NCBI GenBank assembly: GCA_028534125.1
Contig: CM052850.1
Location: forward strand, 25,544,001 to 25,608,000
Length of the DNA stretch: 64,000 nt
DNA from: Lama glama
Taxonomy: Eukaryota
Direction of reading: 5' to 3'
Shown here: piece by piece, positions 60,603-64,000 of the stretch
Numbering within the stretch: the stretch's first letter is position 1
Layout: each line of letters starts with the position of its first letter
Made by a program: the position numbers and the translations under genes
Notes under the pieces: model-generated
Seen by the model: only the letters and a program-made list of their open reading frames with translations
The model's database searches: none
What the model was told of the DNA's origin: nothing

Positions 60603-63193
60603 GTGGGTCTCTCCTTGGGAAGTGGGCACCCTGGGCATGGATGGGACCTGGGGCTTTACAGGTTTGAGCACACATGGGTGTCTCTACCTCTGACCTTCTC
60701 CCACGAGGGAGAGTCATCTGGGAGGGGCGCGCAGTTTGGACACCGGGGCTTGTCTGCGTCTCTGTCACTCATAAGTGCCTGAAAACGTGAAGGGGGGACG
60801 TTTTCTGGCCCAGATACCAGCCTTACCTGGTTGTGGAAATACTCTGTCTCATGCAAATGTTTACCTATAAACTTAGAGGCAAGAATTAAGTTCTTCCCTG
60901 ACCCCCGCCAGAGCAAAGGGGCCCCGTGTACCTGCGACTGCGCTGTGTTCTGAGTGGGGGGCCTGGGTGAGCGCCTGCAGCACCCTCTGCGGCCCCCGCC
61001 CTTTCCTCACAGGCAGCCCCACCACCGTGGCCCCCGGGGCACCACTGGCAGGTCTCCTGTGGGAGCGCCACCCTGAGGCCTGACTTGCCCTCAGTCAGTC
61101 CGCACCAGACAGCCCATCCGCCTCCCCGCGGAGCCCCGGGTCCAGCCGTGCCTGCCCCCCTGCTGTGCTCCCCCCGCTCACCACCCGTGGTCCCCGCTTT
61201 CCCAGGAGCGCTGGAAACCCAGCCCAGGCTCCGTTTGGACACCTTCTGAAGCGTCAGGTGGGAGGGCTGCTGCGACAGACGTTTGACACGTCTGCAGAGC
61301 GGCCCCCACCACGTGTGCCTGGTCGGGCGGCACCGTGGCCCCCGGGTCTGGGGGCCGGCATGGTTCTGTCTGGGTGGTGGATTGAGTTTAGAACAGGCAG
61401 TCCTAAAGTCAGGGCGTGTCCCTGTTTTCATGAGAATGAGCACAGGATTGGTCCCGAGACGGCACCTAGGGAACAGTGCGGGCTGCTGGGGCCCACGTCC
61501 TCACACCTCCGGCTGCAGGTTCAAGTCGCTGACTCACTGCTGAGGTCGACGGGAGCTCTCGTGGGCGGGGGCTCCTCTGCTCTGCCCGCAGCTCCGGTCA
61601 GCTCCTGCCCCGCCTCTGGTGCATTCTGCGTCCTCTGTGGCCCGTGTGACTGTCCATGTGTATCTCCATGCCATCAGCCGTCACGCTTAGCATCAAAGCC
61701 CCGGTTTCCGGGCAGTCCCCACCCCCGCCCTCTGCCGGGCACCGCGCTGGGTGTCGCGTGCCTTGTGTCCCTGGTGGTTGCTTGAGGAACGGGGCCTGCA
61801 GGCCAGGCAGGTTGTCCACGGTGAGCCTGGTGACCAGGTGGCCGGCTGGGTGACCAGCAGTTCTGTGAGGACTTAATCCTGGTTCACAGCAAGTCCCAGT
61901 TTGGCCCAGAGTTTGGAAATGTGAGTCCTGGAGGAGGCGCAGCCCCCGTTCTCCCCAGGCCCCTCCAGCTCTTGCCCCGAGCCGTGGCCACAGCTGGACA
62001 CTGCTGGTTTCACACGACGGTGACCACAGAGGCAGGGCCGCTCTGGAGATGGACAGAGAGGGTACGAGGCCTGCAGGGAGCCCACAGAACTTGGGGTAGG
62101 GGTCTGGCCGGTGGGAGGAGTGGGCTCCGGGGAGCAGCCGTGGGAAGGGCAGCGAGCGCCGGCCTGGACGGGGGGCGGGCGCAGGACGTCTGTGCCTGGC
62201 CTTGTTCTGCGTTCCGGCCCCACTGTCTCCTGCTTGAGGCACAGGTCTCCTGCTGTGTTTTGAGGACCAGAGGGAAGAGGGGGCGTCTCCATTAGAGTGT
62301 GGGGCCCTCCTACCCCCGGCCCCACATCCCTGGCCCTTGCTATTTGCTCCTGGGTTCAGGCCGCCTCTTCCAGTGTTTCAAGGGGAGGGGCCTGCAGCCC
62401 ACCAGGTAGGGCTGGAGCCTCCTCTCTCTCCTCTCTCCAGTCCACTTCCCTTTTGCAGAAACTCCCTGTCTGTCCTTCCACCAGCCCAGGCCCTCCCGTG
62501 GGCTGAGGGGGACGGCTCGGACAAGGCCTGTGCTGAGTCCCTTGTCTGAAGCAGGGAGACCCTGCTAAGGGGACGCCACGTTGTGTGTCACTGACATTTG
62601 CACATAGAAGGCGCAGCCTCAGGCTGCAGAGCTGGAGCGCCGGCCCCCTAGGACTCGCTCTGCCTCCTCCTCAGGGTCACCCCCTGGCCCCTCCAGCCCA
62701 GATTCCTGCCAGGGCAGCTGGTACCCCACCTCTGAGAGCCCAATCTTTGTGATGCCGTCTTTGACCGGCAGCTTAGGGGGTTCCGAAGAGACTCCATGCC
62801 TGCGTCTGGGGCCCATTCTTGTGGTTGAGACGGATGATCAGTGACTTGTTCCACAACTGTATTTTTCCTTTCAGTTACTTAAGAGCTATGGACATGCCGC
62901 CCCCTTGGAGGGCATCCCCAGGGAGAAGCCCGGGTAGGGATGGGAAACAGGCCGCAGGAGCCAGGGAGCACGCGTTGAGGGCATGGGCACAGGGAGGGAC
63001 CGTGGCCCCAGGTTTGTTGGAGCTGCTGGGAGCGGCTGGGGTCCTGGGAGGGTCTCCTCCCGGAGCAGGGCTGACCCCAGCTTGGGGGTGTGTCTGTGGT
63101 GCTTGAAAACCACCGGTGCCTCGTGAGCGGTGAGCGGCCTGGGCGTGCATGGTGGGTCCTTTGATGGAAAGCGCGCTCTCTCCCCTCTTGCAG

Positions 63194-63265
63194 ACGGCCG
63201 ACTCCCTGCAGCCCACCCTGCAGCCCGAGATGCAGCTTGAGCACGGAGCCATCCAGATCCAGTGA
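63194..63265 (+). CDS. BANP: BANP last coding exon (TADSLQPTLQPEMQLEHGAIQIQ*)
   Basis: Acceptor cccctcttgcag|ACG; TGA at 63263-63265. Confidence 0.96.
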   Translation, partial: TADSLQPTLQPEMQLEHGAIQIQ

Positions 63266-63790
63266 GGTGGCCGGCCGGCCAGACAGGACCCGAGACGGGG
63301 CCGCCACCGGCTCCCACCACCACAGCGTTCGTTCCACACGTGCCCGGCCCCTCTGCTTCGCAGGAGGCGGCTGCGCGTGTCCTGCTGGAGGGCGTCTGGG
63401 TGCCCCGCCCGCGGGGGAGAGCGTCCAGGAACACCCCGCAGCGCCCCCGGGGCCCCGTTCCTTGAGCACATGCTGTGCCCGGAGCGGGAGCAGAAGCACA
63501 GCGCGGTCGCATCAGTACACGCGGGAAATCGAGAACTACGATATTTTTCTCTGTTCAGACAGCTTTTTTTAATTTGCTATGGTGTTTATAACAAAAAAGA
63601 AAATTGAAAAAAAAGTGGAGTAGCAGAAGCCCTTTGCTGTGCGCTCTGCCAGTGTAACGAGAACAGGTATCTGCCGAAGACGACTAACGATTTTGATGGC
63701 AATCCCGCTTCCTACTTTTCTAGGGGGACCTCCCAGCACTGTAGCTGTGCGTTTCTAATGAAATAAACGTATTTATGACCACCGCAGCTG
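63266..63790 (+). other. BANP: BANP 3' UTR (end approximate)
   Basis: Lies between the stop codon and AATAAA; GC-rich first half, AU-rich block at about 63540-63615. Confidence 0.8.
63762..63767 (+). terminator. Canonical polyadenylation signal AATAAA of BANP
   Basis: First AATAAA I found after the stop, about 500 nt downstream; UGUA motif upstream (tgta near 63740). Confidence 0.85.
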
Positions 63791-64000
63791 TCACGTGAGT
63801 CCCTCTTAGGAGCCGGCCCCCGAGCCCGGCCTCCCCCGTGGGCGCCTGGAGTCACCGCTGGGCCCTGCAGTGGCCCCCCGTAGTTGCGCGGGCCCTGCCA
63901 GTCATGTGACGGGGCCTGGGGTGCAGAGGGCTGCCCGGTGGACCCGGCACCCCTGGGGGCAGGCAGGCCCTCCGAGTAGGGGCCCCAGAAGTGAACTGTG

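Larger units (their letters stand above)
11424..63790 (+). other. BANP: BANP gene body, from the ATG-containing exon to the approximate polyA site; 5' non-coding exon(s) probably upstream of the window
   Basis: Twelve exons splice with canonical GT/AG and matching phases into one 502-aa ORF, MMSEQDLADVVQIAVEELSPDHP...EMQLEHGAIQIQ*, which I recognise as BANP/SMAR1. End coordinate is approximate. Confidence 0.97.

Noticed and set aside
1-64000. Autoregulatory BANP-binding motif TCTCGCGAGA
   Set aside because: I saw no full match by eye, only partial ones such as TCTCGCGC near 44533. The promoter appears to lie outside the window. A motif scan would settle it.
1-64000. Prokaryotic-style systems (CRISPR arrays, operons, IS elements) or an intact retroviral or L1 ORF
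   Set aside because: The sequence is a spliced mammalian gene. I saw no repeat-spacer array and no intact transposase or reverse transcriptase frame.

Overview
This is GC- and CpG-rich mammalian genomic DNA, probably from a camelid (a vic-1-like tRNA-derived SINE sits at ~46.0-46.2 kb). It holds the complete coding region of BANP (SMAR1/BEND1, a BEN-domain transcription factor) on the + strand. I assembled 12 GT-AG coding exons by hand with consistent phases: 11491-11560, 14885-14976, 15863-16062, 28790-28906, 30123-30295, 37645-37884, 43212-43379, 46997-47127, 48682-48744, 50328-50366, 60459-60602 and 63194-63265. These total 1509 nt, giving a 502-aa protein. The 3' UTR has AATAAA at 63762-63767. 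The promoter and non-coding first exon are not evident and probably lie upstream of the window. Introns carry decayed L1, L2, MIR, MaLR/ERVL/ERV1 LTR and hAT fragments. The supplied ORF track is almost entirely chance ORFs in GC-rich intron. I found no convincing new multi-gene system. The most interesting signals concern splicing: apparent loss of the IPQ alternative acceptor, a candidate 15-nt microexon, a candidate BEN-only terminal or poison exon, and an exon-duplication signature in the Q-rich tail. Old repeats also show a strong AT-to-GC shift. All comparisons to human/mouse BANP and repeat consensi are from memory, not from searches.
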